NCBI GenBank assembly: GCA_963816355.1
Contig: CAWFKH010000004.1
Location: forward strand, 320,001-384,000
Length of the DNA: 64,000 nt
Source of the DNA: an uncultured Gemmatimonadales bacterium
GTDB lineage: Bacteria; Gemmatimonadota; Gemmatimonadetes; Longimicrobiales; RSA9
Direction: 5' to 3'
Translations under genes and position numbers: made by a program
Notes under the pieces: model-generated
What the model saw: the letters and a program-made list of their open reading frames with translations, nothing else
What the model was told of the DNA's origin: nothing
The model's database searches: none
In this document: positions 36,927-46,213 of the stretch, piece after piece
How positions within the stretch are numbered: the first letter of the stretch is position 1
Layout of the letters: every line of letters starts with the position of its first letter

Positions 36927-36954
36927 GACGCCCATACAGCACGTTCGGGTTTGA
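36927..36954 (-). promoter_or_regulatory. Possible ECF-type promoter of the sigma/anti-sigma operon
   Basis: TCAAAC-N18-CGTC on the minus strand resembles the AAC/CGT ECF consensus; spacing is at the long end. Confidence 0.35.
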
Positions 36955-36991
36955 ATCGGACACACGCCTGCGCGGCGAGGTGCGCCGCGCT

Positions 36992-37981
36992 TCAGTCGCC
37001 CGCGACGCCGAGCAGGCGCGCGGCGTTGCCGCCGAGGATGGCGCGGCGCTCGTCGTCGCCGAGATCCGCCGCCTCGATGCTCGCCTTCATGGCGGGGATG
37101 CTGCCGATCTGGTGGGGGTAGTCGCTGCCGGCGAGGATCTGGCTCGCGCCGGCGAAGTCCACGGCGAAGCGGAGGGCGACGGGATCGAAGTTGACGCCGT
37201 CGTAGTGGAAGCGGCGCAGATAGTCGCTGGGCGGACGGTCGATGTGCGTCCGGCACTCGACGAAGGCGTGGAAGCCACGATCGAGGCGCTCCGCCAGGTA
37301 CGGGATGGCGCCGCCGAGGTGGGAGAGCACCCAGCGGATGCCGGGAAAACGCTCCGGCACGCCGCGGAAGACGAGGTGCGCCGCGGCGAGCGTCGTGTCG
37401 AAGAGGAATCCGACGAGCGGCATGAGCCAGTAGTCGCGCATCGCCTCCACGCCCAGCGGATCGGTGGGGTGGATGTGCACGACGGCGTCTAACGCGTCGG
37501 CGCGCTCCCACAGCGGCAGGAAGCGGTCGTCGGCGAGCGCGACGCCGTTGACGTTGCTGAACACCATCGCGCCGGGCAGCGCCAGCTCCGTCATCGCGCG
37601 CTCGAGCTCGTCGGCGGCGGCCTCGGGGTCGTTGAGCGGCAGCGTCGCGAGCGCGGCGAAACGACCGGACGGGCGGGCCACGGCCGCCGCGAATGCGTCG
37701 TTCACCATGCGGGAGAGCTCGAGCGCGCGCGCCGGCGTCTCGACGTGCGTCCCCGGCGTCGTCAGCGTCAGCACCTGCAGATCCACGCCCTCCCGCTCCA
37801 GCACCTCCTCGCGGTACGCGATGTCGCGGTGGCCGCGCACCGCCACGTTGTAGTCGCCCGGGTAGTGCAGGCAGGGGTTGCCCGCGTCGTCGCGCGTGAC
37901 GCGGACCGCGGAGGGGCCCTCCTCCAACGCCGCCAGATACTCCGGCGGATAGAAGTGGTTGTGCACGTCGATCGTCCGCAC
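36992..37981 (-). CDS. Amidohydrolase_2 family (ACMSD-like decarboxylase)
   Basis: IDVHNH, HIHP, SHLGG and GSDYPH motifs. Confidence 0.92.
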   Translation of the reverse strand: MRTIDVHNHFYPPEYLAALEEGPSAVRVTRDDAGNPCLHYPGDYNVAVRGHRDIAYREEVLEREGVDLQVLTLTTPGTHVETPARALELSRMVNDAFAAAVARPSGRFAALATLPLNDPEAAADELERAMTELALPGAMVFSNVNGVALADDRFLPLWERADALDAVVHIHPTDPLGVEAMRDYWLMPLVGFLFDTTLAAAHLVFRGVPERFPGIRWVLSHLGGAIPYLAERLDRGFHAFVECRTHIDRPPSDYLRRFHYDGVNFDPVALRFAVDFAGASQILAGSDYPHQIGSIPAMKASIEAADLGDDERRAILGGNAARLLGVAGD

Positions 37982-38034
37982 GCTTCGACTCCCGGGTGGA
38001 ATGAATGGATCGCCCCCGCGCCACCGGGGCCCCT

Positions 38035-38283
38035 TCAGCCGCTCGCGTCCGGCGGCGCCGGCGGCGCAGGATGCATGCGGGCCAGGCGCTCGTGGATCCC
38101 GCCCAGCTCCGGCTCGATACGCTCCGCGTAGCACGAGGGGCAGAGATAGAAGTAGCCGCCCTGCGGAGGAAGGTCGGCCAGAGCGCCGAACCAGAGCGTC
38201 ATGAGGCCCAGCATCCGCTCCGGGTCCGTGCGCCCGCAGCGGCGACAGGGGCGCAATTCGACCCGGGTGCCGCGAACCGCCAT
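38035..38283 (-). CDS. Small hypothetical protein with CxxC...CxxC
   Basis: CRRC and CPSC; GGGAGG RBS. Confidence 0.55.
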   Translation of the reverse strand: MAVRGTRVELRPCRRCGRTDPERMLGLMTLWFGALADLPPQGGYFYLCPSCYAERIEPELGGIHERLARMHPAPPAPPDASG

Positions 38284-38446
38284 CTCGCCTCCCTACCGAA
38301 GAGCCGGGCGCCGCGAATGCGCGGCGCCCCGCGTCGTTCAAAGTAGCGGTGGTCCGGGCGTGGCGCCCGTCGCGATCGGCAAGGGAGCCGCCCCCGATCC
38401 GGCCGTACCCCAATAACGCGTTGCGTCACAGATGGTTGCCGACATG

Positions 38447-38462
38447 TGGCACCGAGATTGCA
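38447..38462 (+). promoter_or_regulatory. Sigma-54 promoter
   Basis: TGGCAC-CGAGA-TTGCA, exact -24/-12 consensus, intergenic. Confidence 0.8.
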
Positions 38463-38576
38463 CGCTCCACCGGCGAGGCAACGGTCGAACGAAGCTTCAC
38501 GACGGAGGCGAGCGACGCCCGACGATCGGCGTCGCTTTTCTTGTTTCGAGGAAGGGCGCCACGCACGGAGGAAGGG

Positions 38577-38963
38577 ATGAGGATCCGAAGATTCGCGCTC
38601 GAAGCCGCGCTCGTTGCGGCCGTCGGCACGGGCGCATGCGCGGGCGGCCACGCGAGCCGCTTACGGATGCCCGGCCCGGCTCGGACGATGGTGCACGTGC
38701 GGAACAGCAACTGGGCGGACATGGACGTCTATGCGTTGCGGGACGGCCAGCGGTTCCGCCTCGGGACGGTCACGGGGATGGGGATGGCCGATTTCGAGAT
38801 TCCGCCGGCGCTGCTTTCGGGATCGGCCGACCTGCAGTTGATGGCGGACCCGATCGGATCGCCGCAGGTGCACGTGAGCGCTCCGATCCCGCTGCGACGC
38901 GGAGCGACGATCGACTTGCAGCTCGAGAGCAACCTGGCGCTTTCGAACGTGACAGTGCACTGA
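38577..38963 (+). CDS. Small probable lipoprotein (beta-sandwich)
   Basis: MRIRRF, hydrophobic stretch, GAC lipobox-like; GGAGG RBS. Confidence 0.75.
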   Translation: MRIRRFALEAALVAAVGTGACAGGHASRLRMPGPARTMVHVRNSNWADMDVYALRDGQRFRLGTVTGMGMADFEIPPALLSGSADLQLMADPIGSPQVHVSAPIPLRRGATIDLQLESNLALSNVTVH

Positions 38964-39062
38964 CCGCGACGAGGGAGGGTGAAATCCTCGCCGGCGAGAT
39001 GCGCGGCGGCTCGCCGGTGACGCCTCGCTCCGTCGCGACCTGGGCCGGAGCCTCCGGCGCTC

Positions 39063-41705
39063 TCAGTGTCGCGCGGCCGCGCCGTCGGCATCGAGGGCGC
39101 GGAAGCGCGCGGCGTCGGCAGGACGGCCGAGGCTGTCGTAGACGACGCTCAGATCCTTGCGCGCGGTGCTGAGCCAGCTCACGCCCGCGCTCGATTTGTC
39201 GTGGAAATCTGCGTAGCCGCGCCGGAGCGCCTGCTCGGCCTCGGCGAAGCGGCCCTCGTTCAGGAGCACGTGTCCGAGCTTCAGACGGACGATCGCGGTC
39301 TGATAGTTGTCGGGGGAGAGCGCCGCGCCGACGATCGCGAGCGCGCGCCGCATGTACGGCTCGGCACGCGTGAAATCGCCCGCCTTCATATAGACGCTGC
39401 CGAGGTTCGCCGTCGCGATGCCGTAGAGATAGTGCTTCTCGCCGTAGACGGCGCCGTAGATCCGCAGCATGCGACGGAAGTCGTCGACGGCGGCCGCGAA
39501 ATCGCGTCGATCAAGCGCGACGACGCCCAAATCGTTGAGCGTCGAGGCGACTGCGACGTGGTCCGGCCCGAGCACCGTTTCCTGGATGCGCAGCGCGCGG
39601 TTCAGCACGGCGACCGCCTCGCTGTCGCGCTCCTGGTATGCGAGCGCGCGCCCGAGCATCGTCAGGTTGGACGCGACCTCGCGGTGATCGGGGCCGTAGT
39701 ACGCTTCCACGATCGCGAGCGCCCGCCGGTAGAGTCGCTCCGCGTCCGCGTAGTGGCCCCGCTGGAACTGGATCGCGCCCAGGTTGATGAGGTCGTCGGC
39801 GACGTTCGGGTGGCGCGCACCGTAGATGCGCCGGTCGATCTCGAGCGCGCGCCGGTTGAGCGAGTCGGACGCGGCGTAGTTCCCCGCGTAGAATTCGGTG
39901 TTGGCGAGCGCGCCGACGGCGGTCGCCAGGTCCCGGCTGAGGGGACCGCGCGCGCTCTGGCCACGGATCACGTCGCGCAGCACGCGGCTGGAGCCGTCGT
40001 AGTCGCCGCGCGCCTGGAGCACGTTGCCGAGCGCCTCCTCGGCCTTCAGCAGGGCGGGGTCGTTCGGCGAAAGCGCACGACGGTCGATCGCGATCCCTTC
40101 GCGCACCAGCCGCTCCGCCTCCGGCAGCTCGCCCTGGTCGCGGCGCAGCCCGCCGAGGGCCACCAGACTGGCTGCGACGTCGCGGCCGTCCACGCCCTGC
40201 GCGGCCCGCCGCAGCCGCAGCGCCGCCTGCATCAGCGAGTCCGCGCGGTCGAACCTGCCCAGGTTCTGATAGAGGTTGCCCAGCGTCTGCAGCAGCTCCG
40301 CCTTCGCCACCGGCTGACCGTCCAGCACGCCGGCCTCGCGCACGCCACGGTCGAGGAGCGTGACGACGCGGAGCGTGTCGGCCGGACCGACGTCGCCATC
40401 CCCGCCCTCGAACAGGCTCCCCATGAACTGCTGGATCTGCTGTGCCCGCGCGGCCTCGGAGAGGGCGCGGTCGCGCGCCGTTGCGAGCCGGAAGCTGTAG
40501 AAGCCGACCAGCGCCACGACGCCGCCGGCGAGCGCGCCGGCGAGCGCGACGCGGCCTCGGTTGCGGCGCAGGAACTTCGCGATGCGGTAGCGACGGGTGT
40601 CCGGCCGCGCCTCGAGCGGCTCGCCGCGGAGGAAATGGTCGACGTCGCGGATCAGCGCTTCCACGGTGCGGTAGCGCCGGCGCGGGTCCTTCTGCATCGC
40701 CGTGAGGCAGAGCACGTCGAGGTCGGCCCACGCCGCACGCCGCATCGAGCGGGCGGCACGCCCCGCGACGGCGCGGCCGGCGGCGAGCGACGGCTTCTCC
40801 GGCTCCTGCTCGAGGATCACCGTCTCCACCTGGCCGGGGGTCAGGCGCCCGAGATCGAAGGGGAGCCGCTCCGCCAACAGCTCGTAGAGGATGACGCCCA
40901 GCGCGTAGACGTCCGTGTAGGTCCCGACGGGATCGCCGCGCACCTGCTCCGGCGCGGCGTAGGCGGGCGTCATCATGCGCAGCGCGGTACGCGTGGAAGC
41001 GCCGTCGGCTTCCGCGTCGTCGAGCTGCTTGGCGATGCCGAAGTCGAGCAGCTTCACGCCGCCCTCCGCCGTGACGAGCACGTTCGACGGCTTCAGATCG
41101 CGGTGCACCACCGCGTGGCGGTGCGCGAACTGGACCGCCTCGCAGACGGCGCGGAAGAGCCGCAGCCGCTCGCTCAGCGTCAGCGCATTGGCGCGGGAGT
41201 ACTCCGTCAGCGGCACCCCCTCGACGTACTCCATGACGAAGTAGGGCGTGCCGTCCGGGAGCGCGGCGGCGTCGTAGAGGCGCGCGATCGAAGGGTGGCT
41301 GAGGCGGGCGAGCGTGCGCTGCTCGAGCGCGAAGCGCTCTCGCCGCGCGGGGGAGAGCGACGCGTCGCGCAGCATCTTGATGGCGACGCGGTTGCCGAGG
41401 TCCTCGCGCACGGCCAGGTGCACTACGCCCATGCCGCCCTCGCCGAGCACCGCGCCGAGACGGTACGGGCCGATGCGGCGCGGCGGGGCGTCGGGGACGG
41501 CGAGCACGCTTCCCGCGATGCCTTCGATGCCATGATCGAGCAGCGGCGCCGTGCCCGCGTCGGCGGCGAGGAGGCTGAGCACCTCGTCGACGAGCCTGGC
41601 GTCGTCGCCGCACGCGAGGTCGAGAAACGCCCGACGGCGCGCCTCCGGCTCGCGAAGCGCGGCGTGGAAGAGCGTCTGGATACGGTCCCAGCGAGCGGCG
41701 TCCAA
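39063..41705 (-). CDS. Ser/Thr protein kinase with TM and TPR repeats
   Basis: GEGGMG, VAIK, HRDLKPSN, DFG, YAAPE and DVYALG motifs; C-terminal TPRs. Confidence 0.96.
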   Translation of the reverse strand: MDAARWDRIQTLFHAALREPEARRRAFLDLACGDDARLVDEVLSLLAADAGTAPLLDHGIEGIAGSVLAVPDAPPRRIGPYRLGAVLGEGGMGVVHLAVREDLGNRVAIKMLRDASLSPARRERFALEQRTLARLSHPSIARLYDAAALPDGTPYFVMEYVEGVPLTEYSRANALTLSERLRLFRAVCEAVQFAHRHAVVHRDLKPSNVLVTAEGGVKLLDFGIAKQLDDAEADGASTRTALRMMTPAYAAPEQVRGDPVGTYTDVYALGVILYELLAERLPFDLGRLTPGQVETVILEQEPEKPSLAAGRAVAGRAARSMRRAAWADLDVLCLTAMQKDPRRRYRTVEALIRDVDHFLRGEPLEARPDTRRYRIAKFLRRNRGRVALAGALAGGVVALVGFYSFRLATARDRALSEAARAQQIQQFMGSLFEGGDGDVGPADTLRVVTLLDRGVREAGVLDGQPVAKAELLQTLGNLYQNLGRFDRADSLMQAALRLRRAAQGVDGRDVAASLVALGGLRRDQGELPEAERLVREGIAIDRRALSPNDPALLKAEEALGNVLQARGDYDGSSRVLRDVIRGQSARGPLSRDLATAVGALANTEFYAGNYAASDSLNRRALEIDRRIYGARHPNVADDLINLGAIQFQRGHYADAERLYRRALAIVEAYYGPDHREVASNLTMLGRALAYQERDSEAVAVLNRALRIQETVLGPDHVAVASTLNDLGVVALDRRDFAAAVDDFRRMLRIYGAVYGEKHYLYGIATANLGSVYMKAGDFTRAEPYMRRALAIVGAALSPDNYQTAIVRLKLGHVLLNEGRFAEAEQALRRGYADFHDKSSAGVSWLSTARKDLSVVYDSLGRPADAARFRALDADGAAARH

Positions 41706-41742
41706 GGCGGCTCCGGGATGGGGCGGGTTGGGTGGTGCCCGG

Positions 41743-42264
41743 TCAGGTGCTCCGGCGCAGCTCCCGCGAGAGCCACGCGCGCGCGGAGCGCCAGTCGCGG
41801 GCGATGGTCGCTTCGGACACGTCGAGCGCCTCGGCGGTCTCGGCGATGTCGAGGCCCCCGAAGAAACGGTATTCGACCATCTGCGCCTGGCGCGGATGCA
41901 TGCGGCTCAGGTCCGTCAGCGCGACGTCGAGCGCGAGCAGCTCCTGCGAGCACGGCACCGCGGCGTCGAGGGAATCGTCGAACGTGACGACGGCGTAGCC
42001 CGCCCCGCGCTTGAGCGCGTTTCGCCTGCGCGCGGCTTCCACGAGCACCTGCCGCATCGCGCGGGCCGCGATGCGCTTGAAGTGCAGACGCGACGCCGGC
42101 GTCGCCGGCAGCGAGCCGGCGAGCTTCACATACGCCTCGTGCACGAGGGCGGTGGGATTGAGCGTCTCGCTCGGGTCGTCCGTCCGCACCTTCGCGGCGA
42201 GGCGTCGCAGCTCCTCGTATGTCGCGCTGAAGAGGTCGTCCAGCTGGATTGACTCGTCGTCCAT
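41743..42264 (-). CDS. ECF-type sigma factor of the kinase-associated type (TIGR02999-like)
   Basis: YEELRRLA, TLNPTALVHEAYVKL, AMRQVLVE, RFFGGL, TIARDW. Confidence 0.92.
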   Translation of the reverse strand: MDDESIQLDDLFSATYEELRRLAAKVRTDDPSETLNPTALVHEAYVKLAGSLPATPASRLHFKRIAARAMRQVLVEAARRRNALKRGAGYAVVTFDDSLDAAVPCSQELLALDVALTDLSRMHPRQAQMVEYRFFGGLDIAETAEALDVSEATIARDWRSARAWLSRELRRST

Positions 42265-42463
42265 GGCCCGCGAACGGTTGGCTTTGCTCCCGCCCCCAGA
42301 ATACCTCCCGCGCGACGTCCGCGCCACGGACGGATGACGGTTTTCTCGGCGACATCGCGCAAAGCAGGTGTCCCCCGTCGACCGCGGAGCGCCAGGCGCC
42401 CCGCGTGGCCTCGCGGCCGCGGGATCCCCGGACAATCGCTCTCCCAAACGGATGGAGGTTCTG

Positions 42464-42997
42464 ATGCGCAGGAGCACGATCCTGGGTGCCCTCGCCACGC
42501 TGCTGGCGGTGGTCCTGCTGCCCACCGGCGCGGCGGCACAGTACGGCGCCAACCAGAAGTACTTCGGCGCCCACGTCGGCGTGAGCGGCGTCGGCTCCGC
42601 CGCCGCCGTCGGTGTCAACGGCGAGGTGGCCTACAACGAGCACATCGGCATCGGCGGCTGGGCCGACACGTGGAGCTACGGCCAGACCTTCAACTCGACG
42701 TTCGGCAATTCGAGCTACAACGTCCGCTACGTCGCGCTCGCCGGCACCGGCGCCTACCACTTCGCCGTCAAGTCGGCGCCGAAATTCGACCCGTTCGTCG
42801 GCGTCGCGCTGGGATACTACATCGTGAGCAGCAAGGCCGAGAGCTCCTTCGGCGGCACGGCGAGCGCGGACGCGAGCCGCATCTTCCTCGGCGGCTACGG
42901 CGGCGCGCGCTACTTCTTCAAGAACAACCTCTCCGGCGTCGCGCGCCTCGGCGTCGGCGCGTCCTACCTGAGCCTCGGGGTCGATTTCAGGATGTGA
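42464..42997 (+). CDS. Small outer membrane beta-barrel protein
   Basis: Signal peptide AAAQ, about 8 amphipathic strands, [16 protein letters not shown] end; GGAGG RBS. Confidence 0.85.
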   Translation: MRRSTILGALATLLAVVLLPTGAAAQYGANQKYFGAHVGVSGVGSAAAVGVNGEVAYNEHIGIGGWADTWSYGQTFNSTFGNSSYNVRYVALAGTGAYHFAVKSAPKFDPFVGVALGYYIVSSKAESSFGGTASADASRIFLGGYGGARYFFKNNLSGVARLGVGASYLSLGVDFRM

Positions 42998-43007
42998 GGC
43001 CGCGGCG

Positions 43008-43043
43008 GCGACCGAGGCCCGCCGGGCGGCGGGCCTCGGTCGC
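43008..43043 (+). terminator. Perfect 16-bp GC hairpin after the OMP gene
   Basis: GCGACCGAGGCCCGCC-GGGC-GGCGGGCCTCGGTCGC; no U-tract. Confidence 0.6.
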
Positions 43044-43151
43044 GGAGCCGTGCCCCTCGCCCCGGCCGCGCCCCGCCCGGCGCGGCGGCACGGTCCTGGC
43101 AAAGACGTCGCTCGCGGTGGACTCCCGAAACCCTGGACGCGAGATGGACGC

Positions 43152-43523
43152 ATGGAGCCGGTACCCTACGAGTTCCGCGAAGAGGATGTCGACGAGGTGT
43201 TGAACGCCTACGAGCCGACCGGCGGCGGCGAGTGGCCGGAGGAGCGGCGCAGAGAAGCGCGCGCGCACGTCATGCGCAACGTGACCGACCTCGACGAGAT
43301 CGTTCGCTCCGCGGCGGAGGACGAGAGCGCGCGCGACGAGGGGATCCCGGACCGCGCCGGCCCCATCTCCGACCACCCGGGCGACCGCTCACCCGCGCGC
43401 CGCGAGATGGCGCTCGCGGCGATCGAGGACATCCTCATCCGCGACGGCTTCATCGACCTCGACGAGGACGAGAGCCGCGTCTTCCCCGCCCTCACCGAAC
43501 CGGACACCGAGCACCAGGACTGA
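43152..43523 (+). CDS. Acidic hypothetical protein
   Basis: Protein-like composition and GC3-rich codons; no family recognised. Confidence 0.65.
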   Translation: MEPVPYEFREEDVDEVLNAYEPTGGGEWPEERRREARAHVMRNVTDLDEIVRSAAEDESARDEGIPDRAGPISDHPGDRSPARREMALAAIEDILIRDGFIDLDEDESRVFPALTEPDTEHQD

Positions 43524-43561
43524 TGGGTCAAGGCCGCCGTGCGCGGTGCTCGGGCGGTCGG

Positions 43562-44998
43562 CTAGTGCCCCTTGGTCCGGATCTGGATCACGCCGTTCGC
43601 CGCGGTCGCGTCGGAGTACAGCTTCGCCGCCGCCGGGCCCTTGATCACATCGATGGACGCGATGCGGTCGGGATCGAGCGACCTCAGCGCGTCGGAGCCC
43701 TTCGCGCGGACACCGTCGATGAAGATCAGCGGCTCCCCGGCCATCGCGCGCGTGACGGCCGCGCGCTCATCCTGCGCCGCGTCCTCCGGCACCGCGTCCT
43801 CCGGCGCCGCGTCCTCCTTGGTGGCGATCCAGATCGCCGACCCGCCGGCCGCCTTCGTGATGCGGATGCGGCTGATACGATCCGCCCCGACCGCCTTCGC
43901 CTCCCGCTCGCTCACGGAAACGCGGTCGAGGTAGTAGCGCGTGTCTCCCCCGGCCGGGGCGAACTCGGCCCTTCGGACCGTGCTCTCGGCCGTCGTCGCG
44001 TCCATGTTCTCCACCTCGGCCGCGGTCGGCAGGCCCGCGTCGCACGCGGCGACCACCGCCAGCAGCGCCAGACCCCCGAGCGTCGCGGCGAACGTCGCGC
44101 CGGTGCGCGTGAATGTCGGTTTCATCGCCCGTATCCTCCGTTCGAGTTGTGAAGTGCCCGTGAGGAGCGCGGCCGCGCTCAAGCCGAGGCCCGAGCGACG
44201 ACCGGCGAAGTCGATCAGGAGCGAGCCATACGAGGCGGCACCCACGCCGCGCCCCAGCACGCGCGCGTCGCAGTCGACCTCGACCGCCAGCCGCAGCCGC
44301 GACAGCATCCACCAGACCACCGGATTCCACGCAAGTGCGACCGCGAGGAACCACCCCAGCGTGATGAGCAGCGGGTCCCGCGCCCGCACGTGCTCCACTT
44401 CGTGCGCGAGCGCCACCGAACGCCGCTCCCGCTCCAGCAGCAACACCCATTCGGGAATCACGATCTCCGCGCGCAGCCAGCCGATCGCCGCCGGTCCGGA
44501 CCGCGGCGAGACCCGCACGCGCACACCGTCCACGTCGCGCAGCGGCCAGCTCTCCCGCTCCCGCCCCAGCCGCCAGTGCGTCGCGAGCAGGAGCAGCAGC
44601 GCGAGCAGGCTCAACGCCAGCCAACCGGCCTCCAGCCAGCGATCCGCCCGCGCCGGGATCCGCCGCGCCGCCAGCACCAGGCCGCCGCGTGCCCCGGCCA
44701 CCGCGCCGCGCCACGCGCTCCGCACCGCCGCGACCGCCGCGCCGAGCGACGCCGCACGCGACGACGACGCCGCGCCGGCCGCCACGGATGCCTCCACCAC
44801 GAGCGTCCCGTCGAGCGCCGGCCGCGACGCCTGCCACCACGGCGCCGCCACCATCAGCGCCACCGCCGCCACCATCGCCACGCCCCACGCCCACCGCCCG
44901 GACCGCCCGAGCGACCGGCACACCGCCTCCGCCCCCACAGCGGCACCCCCCAGCAGCGCCGCCACCGCCACGCCCCACGCCATCCATACCGCCGTCAT
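43562..44998 (-). CDS. M56 (BlaR1-type) metallopeptidase with C-terminal TonB-plug-like motifs
   Basis: HEVEH, NPVVWW, EVDCD, LERRI; C-terminal PLIFIDG..IASIDVIKG..NGVIQIRTK. Confidence 0.92.
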   Translation of the reverse strand: MTAVWMAWGVAVAALLGGAAVGAEAVCRSLGRSGRWAWGVAMVAAVALMVAAPWWQASRPALDGTLVVEASVAAGAASSSRAASLGAAVAAVRSAWRGAVAGARGGLVLAARRIPARADRWLEAGWLALSLLALLLLLATHWRLGRERESWPLRDVDGVRVRVSPRSGPAAIGWLRAEIVIPEWVLLLERERRSVALAHEVEHVRARDPLLITLGWFLAVALAWNPVVWWMLSRLRLAVEVDCDARVLGRGVGAASYGSLLIDFAGRRSGLGLSAAALLTGTSQLERRIRAMKPTFTRTGATFAATLGGLALLAVVAACDAGLPTAAEVENMDATTAESTVRRAEFAPAGGDTRYYLDRVSVSEREAKAVGADRISRIRITKAAGGSAIWIATKEDAAPEDAVPEDAAQDERAAVTRAMAGEPLIFIDGVRAKGSDALRSLDPDRIASIDVIKGPAAAKLYSDATAANGVIQIRTKGH

Positions 44999-45366
44999 CG
45001 CTCCCCCAGCCGCTCGGCGAGCAGGCGACGCATCCGTTCCAGCTCCTCGCGCGACAGACCCCGGTCCGACACGAGCTGCGCGAACATCCGCTCCGCCGAA
45101 CCCTGGAAGATCGCTTCCCGGATCCGCGCCAGCGCGCTCCCCCCCGCCCGCTCCGCTCCCACCGCCGGCAGATAGCGGTACGCCCGCCCCTCCGCCTCGT
45201 GCCCCACGTAGCCCTTCTCCTCCAGCGTCTGCAGCGCCGACAGCACCGAAGTGTACGCCAGCTCGTCCGCCAGCTCCTCCCTCACTTCCGCCACCGTCGC
45301 CGATCCTCGCCGCCACAGGATGCTCATCACGTCGAGCTCGCGGGGCGTGAACTGGATCTCGGCCAT
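44995..45366 (-). CDS. BlaI/MecI/CopY family repressor
   Basis: ELDVMSILW..ATVAEV..LAYTSV..LEEKG; GGAGG RBS. Confidence 0.95.
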   Translation of the reverse strand: MAEIQFTPRELDVMSILWRRGSATVAEVREELADELAYTSVLSALQTLEEKGYVGHEAEGRAYRYLPAVGAERAGGSALARIREAIFQGSAERMFAQLVSDRGLSREELERMRRLLAERLGER

Positions 45367-45378
45367 CGTCCCTCCAGT

Positions 45379-45436
45379 TACGGGTTCTTCCGTAGAATAG
45401 CGGCGCCGCCGGCCGCTGTCAACGGGGTTTGCCGTA
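45379..45436 (-). promoter_or_regulatory. Sigma-70 promoter with two probable BlaI operators
   Basis: TTGACA-17-TATTCT (45422 to 45394); TACGG-N6-CCGTA at 45379-45394 and AACGG-N6-CCGTA at 45421-45436. Confidence 0.8.
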
Positions 45437-45571
45437 GACAGCCCACCCGCGTGCCGCACGCCCCGGCGCCCGGGTCGTCTTCCCTACGCGGGATCATCCG
45501 CTGCCCGACGGCGCGGGCGTCGGAGCCGCGTCATCCTTGGGGTGAACCTTCACGGCGGACCGGGAGGATTC

Positions 45572-46147
45572 ATGTCCAGGATTGCGGTGGTGTACGGAAG
45601 CAGGTACGGGCAGACGGCGAAGGTCGCGGCGCGGATCGCGGAGCGGATCGCGGCGCGAGGGCACGAAGTGGTGGTCGAGCGGGGCGACGCATTGCCGGCG
45701 GACTTCGACCTCGGGGCGTACGACGGCGTGGTGGTCGGGGCGTCGCTGATCATCGGCGGCTATCAACGCTACATCGGCCGGTTCGTCCGGCAGCGCCGGG
45801 AGCGGCTGAGGGGGATGCCGGCGGCGTTCTTCGCGCTGAGCGGGTCGGAGGGGAGCGAGCTGGAGGCGCATCGGGCGGAGGCGGGGCGCATCATGGAGCG
45901 TTTCCTGACGCGCGAGGGGTGGCGGCCGGCGCTCAGGGCGAGCTTCGCGGGCGCGGTCGCGTACACGCGCTACCATCCGTTGCTGCGGTGGTGGATGAAG
46001 CGGATCTCGAAGGCGGAGGGCGGCTCGACGGACACGACGCGGGACCACGAGTACACGAATTGGGACGACGTGGCGCGGTTCGCGGACGGATTCGCGGAGC
46101 TGGTGGAGAGGGCGGAGGCGGAAAGGGTGGCGCACGCTTCGCGTTGA
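45572..46147 (+). CDS. Flavodoxin-domain protein, HemG-like protoporphyrinogen oxidase
   Basis: VVYGSRYGQTAKVA, GVVVGAS, FAGAVAYTRY, DTTRDHEYTNW. Confidence 0.85.
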   Translation: MSRIAVVYGSRYGQTAKVAARIAERIAARGHEVVVERGDALPADFDLGAYDGVVVGASLIIGGYQRYIGRFVRQRRERLRGMPAAFFALSGSEGSELEAHRAEAGRIMERFLTREGWRPALRASFAGAVAYTRYHPLLRWWMKRISKAEGGSTDTTRDHEYTNWDDVARFADGFAELVERAEAERVAHASR

Positions 46148-46213
46148 CAGGGGGCCCGGGGCGGGCGTATCTACGGGCATCGTCGCTATCCGCTCCCCCG
46201 CCCCCGATCGCCG

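Noticed and set aside
42464..42997. OMP as the porin of a porin-cytochrome conduit
   Set aside because: About 8 strands, too small for an MtrB-type sheath, and 9 kb away; no large porin lies in the cytochrome locus.
43562..45366. Beta-lactam resistance locus
   Set aside because: No penicillin-binding sensor domain and no adjacent beta-lactamase.
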